Below, in pieces: positions 14,955-32,685 of a stretch of DNA of 64,000 bases (the stretch's first letter is position 1; the number at the start of each line of letters is the position of its first letter). The notes below the pieces were generated by a model. That model was not told where the DNA came from. It saw only the letters and a program-made list of their open reading frames with translations, and ran no database searches. Source of the DNA: Octopus vulgaris (taxonomy: Eukaryota). The position numbers and the translations under genes are program-made. The stretch spans positions 744,001 through 808,000 of the forward strand of contig OX597840.1 of NCBI GenBank assembly GCA_951406725.2, read 5' to 3'.

Positions 14955-15870
14955 CACTCTATCTTTGCTGACATCTCAGAAGTAACACAAGCAGTCGAGG
15001 AAACTTCCGATATTAATATGCTGCGGAAAATAACCTATACGATATATATAAACGGGCTGAAAAAAACAATATGCAGTTTGATTCAATAAAATTCCAAGCC
15101 CTCTGCTAACATATACCTTATGGTAACATACCTTAACCACGCTACTTTGGACCATAGTGAAGCATAGAGCGTGCTCCTGGGATTAATATAGGGTTCACCA
15201 CCTCGTTTAATGTGCATATTAAGATGATGGTGGCAATGTGGAAGCGATTGGCTGGAGGGATTCCAGCCAGTGTACTTTCGGAACAAGCGATCAGGAAACT
15301 CTGCTGGTTCTATGGAAAACATATAACTTCAGCCGCCTAGAAACCTGCTCTCAGCTGTGGTCAGCGTCCAGTGCTAAAATGATGCGAGCGGAACTTGAGG
15401 CAGATCAGCGATGTTTCACAAGGAAGTTTGCATAAAGGATACAGCTGAGCTATAGGGATAGATAGAGAGAACTGCGCCCCTACTCCCTGGAGACGGAAGA
15501 GTCGTGCAGTGATATAGATATAGAGGGTCCTGGACGTGTGCGCACCATAATTTGGAATTGAGTTTGATGCTACCGCCCTAACTGGTCGTCACTGCATTGT
15601 TCAAAGATCTCAGCTATCCCGTCTAGAGTGAGGATTATCTAATGCAATAGCTTTGGTATCAAGGTTTCATAGCTAATTAATATGTCGCCAAAACATCCGG
15701 GAGATCTACATGGAATCAGAGTAGATGTCTCCAAGAAACAGCTTGATCTCCTTCCGTACAAGGTCCTAGAGGAACCTACATCAAGGCAAGAAACTCAAAG
15801 GAGGGCGGCAATACTGAACACCGTCCTTCACCAAAAACCAATCACAAAAGAATGTCCGACAAAAAGGTGA
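14955..15870 (+). mobile_element. Decayed CR1-like LINE ORF2 3' remnant
   Basis: Translations FADISEV..., NNMQFDSIKFQAL, TSDQETLLVLWKTY..SRLETCSQLWS....ELEADQRCFTRK and KKQLDLL..V.EEPT resemble the C-terminus of CR1-group RT. Many stops and frameshifts. Confidence 0.7.
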
Positions 15871-15914
15871 TAACGCAGACATGTGCCTCACCATGGCCTA
15901 GAAATTTGGGCTGA

Positions 15915-20230
<4,316 letters not shown>

Positions 20231-20463
20231 TATCGACGAACAACTAACTCGGTGTCTGAAAGTCATGTGAATGGTACAGTCCAACATGGGGACGCATCAG
20301 CAACTTTTGAAATTGGAACGCCCTAACTTTGCGCGGCATGTTCTTATTTATTTATTTATTTTATTTTCGCAAGAGATAACTGGTATAATTGTTAATTCAC
20401 AAATAAATAAAATTCACCCACCAAATGTGTTGCTGAGCATTCTTACACATTCTTCGTCACTGT

Positions 20464-20495
<32 letters not shown>

Positions 20496-20502
20496 AGCAC
20501 AC

Positions 20503-20770
<268 letters not shown>

Positions 20771-20904
20771 TAAATACTCTTTTGCTTGTTTCAGCCATGC
20801 GGAACCGATCATGCTGGAGCACCACCGTGGTCTTTTCGATTTCCTCAATCTGGGGTTTTTCACATCACCACTCCTGTATGTGCCTTCGTTCCAGCCGTAG
20901 GCCC

Positions 20905-21125
20905 ATTGGCGTATAAGTGAGTTTGATTCACTGCCCTTGTCTGTACATCATGTGGGGTTGTTGCTTCATCCGGTATTGTGGGAAGAAGGATGTCTAGTTT
21001 CTTTTTCAAGAATCGTAGACAATTGCAGAACCTGGTCCAGAATATAAATGGGGTGGATGGTACGTTTGGTACAATACGATGGCGGCCAGTTGTGGAATTT
21101 GTATAACACTCAATTCTGCGTGGTA
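20905..21125 (-). mobile_element. CR1-like LINE 3' remnant, same family as 14955-15870
   Basis: Minus translation IECYTNSTTGRHRIVP...KKKLDILLPTIPDEATT..VQTRA parallels GIEFDATALTGRHCIV...KKQLDLL...EEPTSRQETQRRA at 15550-15840. Confidence 0.65.
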
Positions 21126-21227
21126 AGAAACTTGCATCACAACCACATGGTGCTAAGTACAGTCCCACTGCATGATGAGTGCAGATGGGCGGCCATATGT
21201 TTAGCAGCAAGATGGGCCTCTTTGGCA

Positions 21228-21365
21228 GGTGACTTCATTCAATTTCTGTTACGAGGTTTTCATCGGTCTGAGGCTATAATAGAAAAACCACGCCCGAAGT
21301 GCCGCGCAGTGTGCCTGAACCCGGAACTATGTGATTCGAAAATCAGCTTCTTACAACACAGTTAT
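21228..21365 (-). mobile_element. SINE family B fragment
   Basis: tcggtctgaggctataatagaa...gtgccgcgcagtg...ctgaacccggaac matches family B. Confidence 0.65.
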
Positions 21366-22064
21366 ATAAGCTTGTACAAGGAAAAAACCAATGCGATAAA
21401 GTACGTAAAGAATTCAGTAATCTTTCAAGTTTATGTTAAAATGTTTTCGTATATAACACGACACGAAAACTAACGTTGAGACATATATGTATGATAGTGT
21501 GTGTGTATGTGTGATTGTGTTTAAGTGTTTGTGCGTACAAAAGTGTGATTTTGGGCGAGTGTGTGAACATGTACGTTTCTATGCATATTCGCAGGTCTAT
21601 GCAGAATATTTATTTTTAAGTACAATACGAAGCATATTCCTTCACTGGCCACTCGCTCGACACAACAAAAACCCACACCTTCTTACGTTAGACGACACAA
21701 CACCACACCGCAGCAGACCAATCCAAAGCGATCACATCTGCAACAGGCAGAGTTAATTAGTTCCGTATCAGGACTATTTTAAACACAAATACTGCAACAA
21801 ACCAGAGACGAAAATAAAAATTAAAATACCAAAAAACAACCAAAACACAAAACAAAAGAATAAAGAAAGAATAAAAGAGAACATTGCTGGAAAAATAACA
21901 ACAAATGTAGATGAAAACAATTAATATAACCAGAAACAGCAATTCTTCATTCATTTGCAAAAACAAGAGAAAAGTTGACACATTAACATTGGTGGTATAT
22001 ACGAATATATATACGTATGTGTATGTATATATATATCCATGTATATATGTGAGTATGTGTAAGT

Positions 22065-22102
<38 letters not shown>

Positions 22103-22208
22103 GCATATATGTGAGTGTGTGTAAGTTCATATATATGTATATTTATATATATATATATATATATAATATATATACAGTATATGCATATATATACACATAC
22201 TGTATATG

Positions 22209-22333
<125 letters not shown>

Positions 22334-22414
22334 ATATATATGTATGTATATATATATATTCAAATGCATATAAATGTATACATATATATACACATAGTGT
22401 ACATATGTCTAAGG

Positions 22415-22445
<31 letters not shown>

Positions 22446-23056
22446 ATGTGTGTATATGTGTCTGTCTGTGTGTATGCGTAAAGGGGGAGAGATACTCATA
22501 CAGACACAGAGAAAGAAAAAAAGGGCCGAATTTCTTTGTCGAGAAGGCCCCTGGTAGCGAAGTGAGAAACTATTTTCGTACTACAATGTATGACGCATGT
22601 TCGTTAGGACAATTGTCTACTTATAGAAGCATTAATTATAATATCATGCCCAGGAATGTGTCGGTATATGTATATGCGTACGTTTGTGTGTATATGTATA
22701 TATATATATATATATATATTTACATATATGTGAGTGTGTATGTATACACAGACATGGACATACCTACACACACACAAAACATACACTCACGCATACATAC
22801 AATGTGTAGGCATATATGTATCTGTTTGTATATGTATTTAATTAGAGAATAGTAGATTGATATATATATATATATATATTTATAAATATATACGTATACA
22901 TGAACATATGTATATATATCTGTCTGTCTGTTTATCTATATATCTATTTATCTATCTATCTGTCTATCTATTTATCTATCTGTCTGTCTATCTAACTATA
23001 TATTTATCTATCTATATCTATCTATATATGTACATGTTTTACATTTTCATATACAC

Positions 23057-23110
<54 letters not shown>

Positions 23111-23127
23111 ATATATTTATATACACA

Positions 23128-23162
<35 letters not shown>

Positions 23163-23627
23163 CATACATACATACATACAAATATACACGCATATATATA
23201 CATATATAGATATGTATATACGCTGTTGTCTGTATATCTATATGGAATTCATTTCTGAGAGTAATTAAATTTTGCGTGCAAGAAATTACTCTTTCACCAC
23301 ACTACACCCTCCACACCGACACCACCACCACCATCACTTCCACCACCTACACCACCATTAGAACTACCACCACGCAGAACAACAATAACTGCACCAACTT
23401 GAACAACAAACGCATTGAAAGAGAAACTAATCCACACGATACTCGTCAACAAGGACAGCATCAACAATAAACGTTTTAATAAGTTCGAAAATAATTGCTT
23501 CATTCATTCTCGTTCACAAAACAGTGATTAATTTACTACGAAATACAATTTTCTCTAAAAAAATGCGTTACCTTCATTTTAGCTGCTGAGTTGCAATGAG
23601 ACCGAAACACGTTTAAAGGCCACCAGC

Positions 23628-23875
23628 ACTCTTTCACTCTTTCATACTCTTTCAAACTCTTTCACTTGTTTCAGTCGTTTGATTGTGGCCATGCTGGAGC
23701 ACCGCCTTTAGTCGAGCACTTCGACCCCAGGACTTATTTTTTGTAAGCCTTGTACTTATTCCATCGGGTCTCTTTTGCCGAAACGCTAAGTTACGGGGAC
23801 GTAACCACACCGGTATCGATTATCAAGCGATGTTGGGGAGACAAACACAGACACACAAACGTATACACACACACA

Positions 23876-23939
<64 letters not shown>

Positions 23940-23982
23940 CATTTATATATATATATATAAATATATATATATACATATACAA

Positions 23983-24046
<64 letters not shown>

Positions 24047-24150
24047 GACAGGCTTCTTTCTGCTTCCGTTTACCAAATCCACTCATAAGGCTTTGGTCGG
24101 CCCGAGGCTATAGTAGAAGACACCCGCCCGAGGTGCCACGCAGTGGGATA
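23628..24150 (-). mobile_element. SINE family B with expanded internal (CA)n/(TA)n
   Basis: Tail (ctctttca)n, tggccatgctggagcaccgcctttagtcga, internal microsatellite, then ggtcggcccgaggctatagtagaagacac. Confidence 0.88.
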
Positions 24151-24354
24151 ATATCTATTACTTAGTCTGGTCGATCTTAGGCGGGACCCCTTTGATTTCT
24201 ACGTAACTTTATTTCACAATGAATATCTTATACAGTTCTATGTTTAAGAGATGAAGTATTACGTACATTATTTACATTTGACGGATATTTTCCGCATCTT
24301 GTTCTTGGGCATATGGAGTAGTGGTTCATAGCGCGGGCTACTAACTCCAAGATC

Positions 24355-24863
<509 letters not shown>

Positions 24864-25406
24864 CAGCCAGTTGTTGAAGGTAAAAATGTCACCATCCTCT
24901 GGGATTTTCCAGTTAACACTCATAGAACGATCATGGCTAATCGACCAGACATAATTGTTAAAGACAGAGAAGAAAATACCTGCAGATTAATAGAAGTAAG
25001 CGTCCCCACTGATAACAATATATCTGTAAAGGAATTTGACAAACTTAGTAAATATAAGGACCTGGAAATCGAAATACAAAAGATGTGGAATATTAAAACA
25101 AAAACTATTCCTGTTATTGTAGGTGCCCTAGGTATGATAAAAAAGGGATGTCAGAAACACCTAGACAATATCCCTGGAGAACCATGTCTCAAGGAAATCC
25201 AAAAGATTGTGCTAACAAGTACTGCCCACATCCTTAGAAAAACCCTATCAATGTAAATGTTTGTGTTGTATTACATGGAGATATTTCTCTACTTCCCCTC
25301 CCCAAGCTTTCAGCTATATTTCAATAACTCTTAACCTTCACTTGCCCTAGGACGCTGGGTGTGGCCCGGCAAGTGATTGCATCAAACATGCAGATTAAAA
25401 GTAAAT
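24864..25406 (+). mobile_element. 5'-truncated R4/Dong-like element: intact RLE endonuclease C-terminus (ORF ends 25256) plus 3' UTR, flanked on both sides by (TAA)n
   Basis: QPVVEGKNVTILWDFPVNTHRTIMANRPDIIVKD...CRLIEVSVP...KEFDKLSKYKDLEIEIQKMW..K..TIPVIVGALG fits the PD-(D/E)xK RLE signature. No stops within the fragment. Confidence 0.92.
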
Positions 25407-25649
25407 GATAATAATAATAATAATAATAATAATGATAATAATAATAACAACAACAACAATAATAGCATCGAAAAATATCGTAGGAATGAGAACCCAGGTT
25501 CCAAATTTCTCCGAGTCACCTGATGAAAGCTGGGAGGTATATCAGATAAATAGGGACTAAAAGATAGAGTAAGTGTTGTACAAAATTTAGATACATACCT
25601 ACAAAAAAGGTAGCATATATATTATATGTATTTATTATATATATTGTCA

Positions 25650-25950
25650 ATCGATCCCTATTGATCGTTTTTTTTTCCTCTTCCCCTTTTTCCTCTTTTT
25701 TCTTCTTTTTTCATTTTTCTTTTCTTTTGTTCCTTTTCCCATTTTTCCTTTTTTTTTTCTTTTCCTTTCTTTCTTTTCCTTTTTTTTCTTTTCCTTTTTT
25801 TTCTTTTTTCTTTCTTTTTGTTCTTTTTTTTCCTTTTACGATCCCTTTTGATCGAAAACCTACGCCACCTTTTTTTTTCTCCCCCAAAAGAAAAGCTCTA
25901 CCTTGTAACTTGTCCCATCTGTGTGCAGCCCTGTGTGGCCAATAAAGAAA

Positions 25951-25951
<1 letters not shown>
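25650..25951 (+). mobile_element. 3' UTR of L1/Tx1-like element (upstream copy), ending AATAAAGAAAC into (TATC)n
   Basis: Shares cgatccctattgatc, acgatcccttttgatcgaaa and aaagaaaagctctaccttgtaa...gcagccctgtgtgg.aataaagaaac with 27268-27471. Confidence 0.85.
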
Positions 25952-26048
<97 letters not shown>

Positions 26049-26077
26049 GTCTGGCTGTCTGTCTGTCTGTCGGTCTG

Positions 26078-26108
<31 letters not shown>

Positions 26109-26109
<1 letters not shown>

Positions 26110-27471
26110 CCAAACTACAACGCATCCTCTTTCGCTTCTTGTGGAAAGGATGCGTCCCGATGGTCAGGCGATCCATTTGCTGTCAACACCCGTTAAAAGG
26201 AGGGCTGGGCATGCCGTGGTTGATGATGCGAAGACACGCGCTGAGACTGCGGCATCTCTGGCTCTATGTAGACGACGGTGAACAGGTGTGGTCGCCGTTT
26301 GTGAGGCACGCTTTCCCGCAGCTCGTCTCCATGACCGAACTGCAGTCGTGGATCAAAAAGAGGCCGAGGAAGGGCGAATGGCACCGCGAGTGTCGCGTTG
26401 CTCTCAAGCAACTCTGCCGTCCTGGGTCGACCTTAAGTGACTTCAACACAACCAAAGCATTCTATAGGGGTTTAGTGGAGGGGAGGTACGACGACGAGCT
26501 CGGGGCGAACCTGGACGTCGACGAGGAGTACCTGACCCGCCTGTTCAGGACGACTTTCGGGCCAGGGCCCATGGACAACTTCCAGAGATCCCTGGCCTGG
26601 CAGTGCTACCGAGAAGCGCTACCCGTTCGGGATAAGCTCTACAGACACGGCTCGAGAAACACGGGGCCGACCTGCCCGAGATGCGGTCAGAGCGACGAAA
26701 CCGTTCTGCACGCACTCGTTCAGTGTCCAACAATTTCCGACCTGTGGGCTTATGTCGAACAACTGCTGTCACGTGTGGGACGAGTCGGTTTATCAGCTGA
26801 GTCTATCGTCAATATTGTCACGCCTCCTTCCTTCAAACGGGAAGGAAGAGCTATTTTCATCATCCTTGTGGCTATGGCGAAAGAATGTATCTGGTGGACG
26901 CGTCTGAAAGGATTGGAGACAAACACTTACCTCTCTGGTCAATCTCTCATCAACTTCTTCAAGTACCACTTGAAAAGGAAAGTGAGAGTAGAGAGGCAAG
27001 TTTTGTCTAGCGAATGTTTTAAAAAAAGATGGGTGAATGTAGCAAGAATGGCACGTATGAATGACGAAGCCACCTTGAGCATAGTCCTATGAACCCAGAA
27101 ATCGAAAACAGAGAGTTGCTTATTTGCAAAAAAAAAAAAAAAAAAAGAAATATAAAATGTGACTTCATTGACCGAGGTTACCGTGGTCTTTTCCGTAGGC
27201 TTTTCTTTCCACGGGTAAACCTCACCTGTCCTCCCCTTTACACTTCATATTGACATTTCTGTGATAACGATCCCTATTGATCAATTTTTTTTCTCTCCCC
27301 CTTTTTTTTTAACCCCCCTTTTTTGTCCTCTTTCTCTCCTTTTACGATCCCTTTTGATCGAAACTCCCCCTTCCTTTTTTTTTAATTTTTTTTTTTTAAA
27401 CCTTCAAAAGAAAAGCTCTACCTTGTAATTTGTTCTATCTGTGTGCAGCCCTGTGTGGCTAATAAAGAAAC
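26109..27471 (+). mobile_element. Young 5'-truncated L1/Tx1-clade LINE: 327-codon open ORF2 C-terminus (26109-27092) with zf-RVT knuckle, plus 3' UTR
   Basis: [13 protein letters not shown]...GGLG (post-RT region of L1/Tx1 ORF2), [16 protein letters not shown] and [20 protein letters not shown]-rich and uninterrupted. Flanked by (TATC)n at 25951-26108 and 27473-27692. Confidence 0.9.
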
Positions 27472-27472
27472 A

Positions 27473-27533
<61 letters not shown>

Positions 27534-27558
27534 GTCTGCCTGTCTGTCTGTCTATCTG

Positions 27559-27601
<43 letters not shown>

Positions 27602-27626
27602 GTCTGCCTGTCTGTCTGTCTATCTG

Positions 27627-27693
<67 letters not shown>

Positions 27694-28006
27694 GTGTATT
27701 GTTCTTTCTCCTGTACGAGCGTATATGCGTGTGTACTTGTGTATGTGTGTATATATCGTGTATGCGTGTGTATGTGTGTGCCTGCTAGTGTGTATGTGTT
27801 TCTATGACTATGTGTGTGCGTGCAAGACACCTCTTTGCAGCGAAAGAAAGCGCAGTCCACCTCAGCAAGATTTAAATTTATTAAATGTCCTCGCATAATT
27901 ATAGATAATTATGTATTACTCGGAGATACAACCCACGTCAATTATAAATTAATGTACGAAAATGCCCGATACACACTATAAAGGTAATATGTACTATTAT
28001 ATTATG

Positions 28007-28470
28007 CTCTTTACTCTTTTACTTGTTTCAGTCATTTGACTGCGGCCATGCTGCAGCACCGCCTTCAGTCGAGCAAATCGACCCCGGGACTTATTCTTTG
28101 CAAGCCCAGTACTTATTCTATCGGTTTCTCTTTTGCCGAACCGCTAAGTGACGGGGACGTAAACACACCAGCATCGGTTGTCAAACAAGGCGGCGAGCTG
28201 GCAGAAACGTTAGCACGCCGGGTGAAATGCTTAGCGGTATTTCGTCTGCGTTACGTTGAGTTCAAATTCCGCCGAGGTCGACTTTGTCTTTCATCCTTTC
28301 GGGGTCGATAAATTAAGTACCAGTTACGCACTGGGGTCGATGTAATCGACTTAATACCTATGTCTGTCCTTGTTTGTCCCCTCTGTGTTTAGCCCCTTGT
28401 GGGTAATAAAGAAATAGGTTGTCAAGCAATGCTAGGGGGACAAACACAGACACACAGTCACACACACACA
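28007..28470 (-). mobile_element. SINE family B 3' half, interrupted by a SINE A insertion
   Basis: B consensus gcatcggttgtcaagcaatgctagggg is split at 28188/28417. Confidence 0.85.
28189..28416 (+). mobile_element. SINE family A, full length, tail type 1, with probable 13-bp TSD
   Basis: Head ggcggcgagctggcagaaacgttagc, B box gagttcaaattcc, tail ...gccccttgtgggtaataaagaaata. Flanks are ggttgtcaaacaa (28176-28188) and ggttgtcaagcaa (28417-28429). Confidence 0.92.
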
Positions 28471-28492
28471 TATATAAATACATATATATAGC

Positions 28493-28802
28493 TCGTGGCC
28501 GACCAAAGCCTTGTGAGTCGATTTGGTAGACGGAATCTGAAAGAAGCTCGCCGCATATATGCATATATATGTATGTGTGTGTATATATTTGTGTGTCTAT
28601 GTTTGTCCCACCCACATCGCTTGACAACCGATGTTGGTGTGTTTACTTCCCCGTTACTTATCGGTTTGGCAAAAAAGAGACCGATAGAAAAAGTACTAGG
28701 CTTCCAAAGAATAAGTCCAGTGGTCGATTTGGTCGACTAAAAGCGGTGCTCCAGCATGGCCACAGTCAAATGACTGAAACAAGTAAAATAGTAAATAGTA
28801 AA
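28493..28802 (+). mobile_element. SINE family B, 5'-truncated
   Basis: ggccgaccaaagccttgtgagt...gcggtgctccagcatggccacagtcaaatgactgaaacaagtaaa. Confidence 0.87.
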
Positions 28803-29619
28803 GGCTTGAATATAAACTGGATGGACCCAAGACTGAGATGGGAGCAAGGTTCGAGATAGCGTGGTAATGCCGTTTTTCAAGGCGGCGAATGACACGATAC
28901 TTTCTGTCTGTCTATCTGTCTGTCTGTCTGTCTATCTGTCTGTCTGTCTATCTGTCTGTCTGTCTATCTGTCTGTCTGTCGCTGTCTCCCCCACCCACAC
29001 ACACATACACAGATACACACTGCTATTTATAGGGTTACTCATCTTTTATATCGTACGGCTTTCAGTGATTAGGCTGCGGCCAAGCCGGAGCACAGCTTCA
29101 AAGTATTTCAGTCGAATGAATCGAACCCGATACGTTACTTTAAAGCCTGATATTTATCCTATTGATACTTTGAGGACGTAAACACACCAACACCGGTTGT
29201 CAAGTACTTCTACCCTCATAATATATGGTTGCCTGTTTTGCATCTCGTTCTACAGGATCTCCATAATGCTGCCTGCTCCATCTCGTCAGTTTTATACTTC
29301 ACACTCTTACCCTCAGGTATCGTTATTCTGCTACACATATCGAGACTTCAATTTCGATCGTTAGACATCGTCTTCTCAGCCATGCCTGAGATGCTTCAGT
29401 ATGTATTCCACCTTCCGTGTACCTATAAAATTATCCAAGCATCAAATTACCCGTCAAATCTGCCTGTCTCTTTTAGCATTTTTTCTTTACATATCAACCT
29501 TTCTATTTTTGCAGCTTTCATTCTCCCCACCTAAAAAGAAAACCCCAAAACTCGCATTGTTTTACTTTAATCAATGCATGTTCTAACACTACCGTTTATT
29601 TAACAACAAAAGTTTTGCG

Positions 29620-29766
<147 letters not shown>

Positions 29767-29847
29767 CATGTATGTATGTATGTGTGTGTGTATCTGTCTG
29801 TCACAGTGTGTATTACTATATACAAGTACGAGTGTGCGCGTGCATGA

Positions 29848-29888
<41 letters not shown>

Positions 29889-29938
29889 AATATATACATA
29901 TATGTGTGTGTTTATATATATATATACATATATATATG

Positions 29939-29985
<47 letters not shown>

Positions 29986-30360
29986 GTATACACACACTCA
30001 TATATACATATGCACGTATATATGTGTACATACTATATACATGTATACATACGTATATATATATATATATATATACATATATTGTTAGGGGGTAGGGTTG
30101 CAGCTTCAGTCCATTCACTTCATCGATAATTGTAGTCGATAATCTCTGTGTACGATCATTCAGGCGACAAAGAGATGTCTATCGTTTGTCGATCATTGGT
30201 AAACCGAGGTCAAATCGATTTCCATCGACCGATAAACATCAGATAGTCCGTTGGTTAATGTCCGAACGGTTGCTGTTGGTGCTAAAAGCGAGACGACATG
30301 TGACCTGGTATTGTGATATTGTTATTATGGAGGAGAGAGGGCCGTCTGTAAGTGAAGTAT

Positions 30361-31140
30361 ACCATGCTTATCTTTTGAAGTTTACAAGAGGGGATATTTT
30401 TTTTGATAGCGGTAAGAATAAAAATATATCTGCTATTCTGATTAACGATTTTGAATGTTATATAAGTATCTAAAGCATTTAGGATTTAGCCTGAGTGTAT
30501 TTTTGGTATAAAGTTCTGTAGGAGTTCCTCTTCGCATTCATTTTCTTATGCGTTTTGAGTTCCAGATGTATTGTGAGAGAGCTGTGTCCTTTTCTCTATT
30601 TCTATGCCTTTATGAATGCATGTTCTCGATTCATATAATCCTGAATGCGAAGTAATACAGAGCGGGCTACCAAGCTTATCTTTTGAAGTTTACAAGAGGG
30701 GATATTTTTTTTTTTGATAGCGGTAAGAATAAAAATATATCTGATATTCTGATTAACGATTTTGAATGTTATATAAGTATCTGAAGCATTTAGGATTTAG
30801 CCTGAGTGCATTTTTGGTATAAAGTTCTGTAGGAGTTCCTCTTCGCATTCATTTTCTTATGCTTTTTGATTTCCAGATGTATTGTGAGAGAGCTGTGTCT
30901 TTTTCTCTATCTCTTTGCCTATATGAATGCATGCCCTCGATTCATATAATCCTGAATATGTTCCGGAAGAAGTCTGTCATAATTCTTCTTCTAATTCGAT
31001 AGATATATGGAACTGTCTCTATCCCTATACCTAGAGAATATCCATGCTCGTTACAGCTAATCTTCAATATGGTTGCGGGAAATCTCATACGATCTTTCTT
31101 ATAATTCGGGTCACCGTGTGTTACGATTGTCCCTTGCACT
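30361..31140 (-). mobile_element. Decayed Penelope-like element (GIY-YIG C-terminal region) with ~290-bp tandem duplication (30361-30646 / 30669-30957)
   Basis: Both repeat units translate on the minus strand to (N/D)REKDTALSQYIW(N/K)SK, resembling the T.LS.YIW.LK motif of PLE endonucleases. Upstream ILKISCNEHGYSLG resembles a degenerate GIY..YIG. Confidence 0.55.
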
Positions 31141-31360
31141 CTTACCCCCTTAAGCTATATCCTTGAAATGACTAATTTATAGCATTTCTAAAGTGACAAT
31201 ATAGTCGTTTGAAGGTTGTATTTTAGACTTCAGTTTGTGATCTCGGAAGATATGCGAACTAATAAAATATCTTAACTTCAGGCAAATTTAAAGTGTTTCC
31301 GACATGCATACGAAGTCAAGAAACAAAAATATTAACAGATTCTACAAATTCCTACTTCTA

Positions 31361-31765
31361 GGCGCAGGAGTGGCTGTGTGGTAAGTAGCTTGTTTACCAA
31401 TCACATGGTTCCGGGTTCAGTCCCACTGCGTGGCACCTTGGGCATGTATCTTCTACTATAGCCTCGGGCCGACCAAAGCCTTGTGAGTGGATTTGGTAGA
31501 CGGAAACTGAAAGAAGCCAGTCGTATATATGTATATATATATATGTGTGTGTTTGTGTGTCTGTGTTTGTCCCACTAGCATTGCTTGAAAACCGATGCTG
31601 GTGTGTTTACGTCCCCGTCACTTAGCGGTTCGGCAAAAGAGACCGATAGAATAAGTACTGGGCTTACAAAGAATAAGTCTCGGGGTCGATTTGCTCGACT
31701 AAAGGCGGTGCTCCAGCATGGCCGCAGTCAAATGACTGAAACAAGTAAAGGAGTAAAGAGTAAAG
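31361..31765 (+). mobile_element. SINE family B, full length (tRNA-like head, CORE-like accttgggca segment, internal microsatellite, (gagtaaa)n tail)
   Basis: A-box-like gtggctgtgtggtaa, B-box-like gggttcagtccc. More than ten further copies or fragments in the window. Confidence 0.92.
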
Positions 31766-32104
31766 ATATATTATTAATTACGTTCATGTTGTGGATACAT
31801 CGATCTAATTCTTTTTCAATTTTCTTGATACCGCACTTAATAGATGGGAGATATTTTCTGCGGGAGATTGTCCTGCTGCGACCAAATTCTGATGGTACGT
31901 CGTGACAAAAGCAAGAATATATTTGAAGTCATGACTCTCAAATGGTATGTCGAAAAAACGTAGTACTTATGTCTTCTCTGAGTATTTTTTATTATAACAG
32001 TTTGAGGGTGCTTACAGTAACTGTGTGTGAATATTTTGTTTGTGTTTTGATTCGCTATAGGAAAACGGATTGCTCGAAGCAAAATCTAGTGCTATGTTTC
32101 AAAC

Positions 32105-32270
32105 AAGCGTGGATGTGTGGCAGTACGTTTGCATCCTCATCACATGGTTCCGGGTTCAGTCCCACTACGTGGCACCTTGGGCAAGTGTCTTCTACTCCAG
32201 CCTCGGGCCGATTAAAGCCTTGTGAGTGAATTTGGTAAACGGAAACTGAAAGAAGCTCGTCGTGTATGTG
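32105..32270 (+). mobile_element. SINE family B 5' half
   Basis: cacatggttccgggttcagtcccactacgtggcaccttgggcaagtgtcttctac. Confidence 0.85.
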
Positions 32271-32274
32271 TATA

Positions 32275-32477
32275 TATTCTTTTAACCTTTTACTTGTTCT
32301 AGTCATTTAACTGCGGCTATGCTGGAGCACTGCGTTTAGTCGAGAGAATCGCCCCCAGGACTTATTCTTTGTAAGGCTAGTACTTTGCCGAACCGCTAAG
32401 TTACGGGTACGTAAACACACCAGCATCAATTGTGAAGCGTTGTTGGTGGTGGTGGGGACACAAACACACAAACATAT

Positions 32478-32524
<47 letters not shown>

Positions 32525-32685
32525 TAAGACGTGCTTCTTTCAGTTTCCGTCTACCAAATCCTCTCACAAGCCTTTGGACAGATCGAGGCTAAAGTATAAG
32601 ACATTTGCCCAATGTGCCACTCAGTAGGACTGAACCCAGAACCATGTGGTTGGTAAACAAGCTACTTACCACACAGCCACTCCTG
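32275..32685 (-). mobile_element. SINE family B, near full length
   Basis: Reverse complement of the 31361 copy, ending cttaccacacagccactcctg. Confidence 0.88.

Noticed and set aside
25818-26108. N-terminal part of the 424-aa ORF as a real protein start
   Set aside because: It reads through an upstream 3' UTR and the (TATC)n tract. LINE homology begins only at ~26109.
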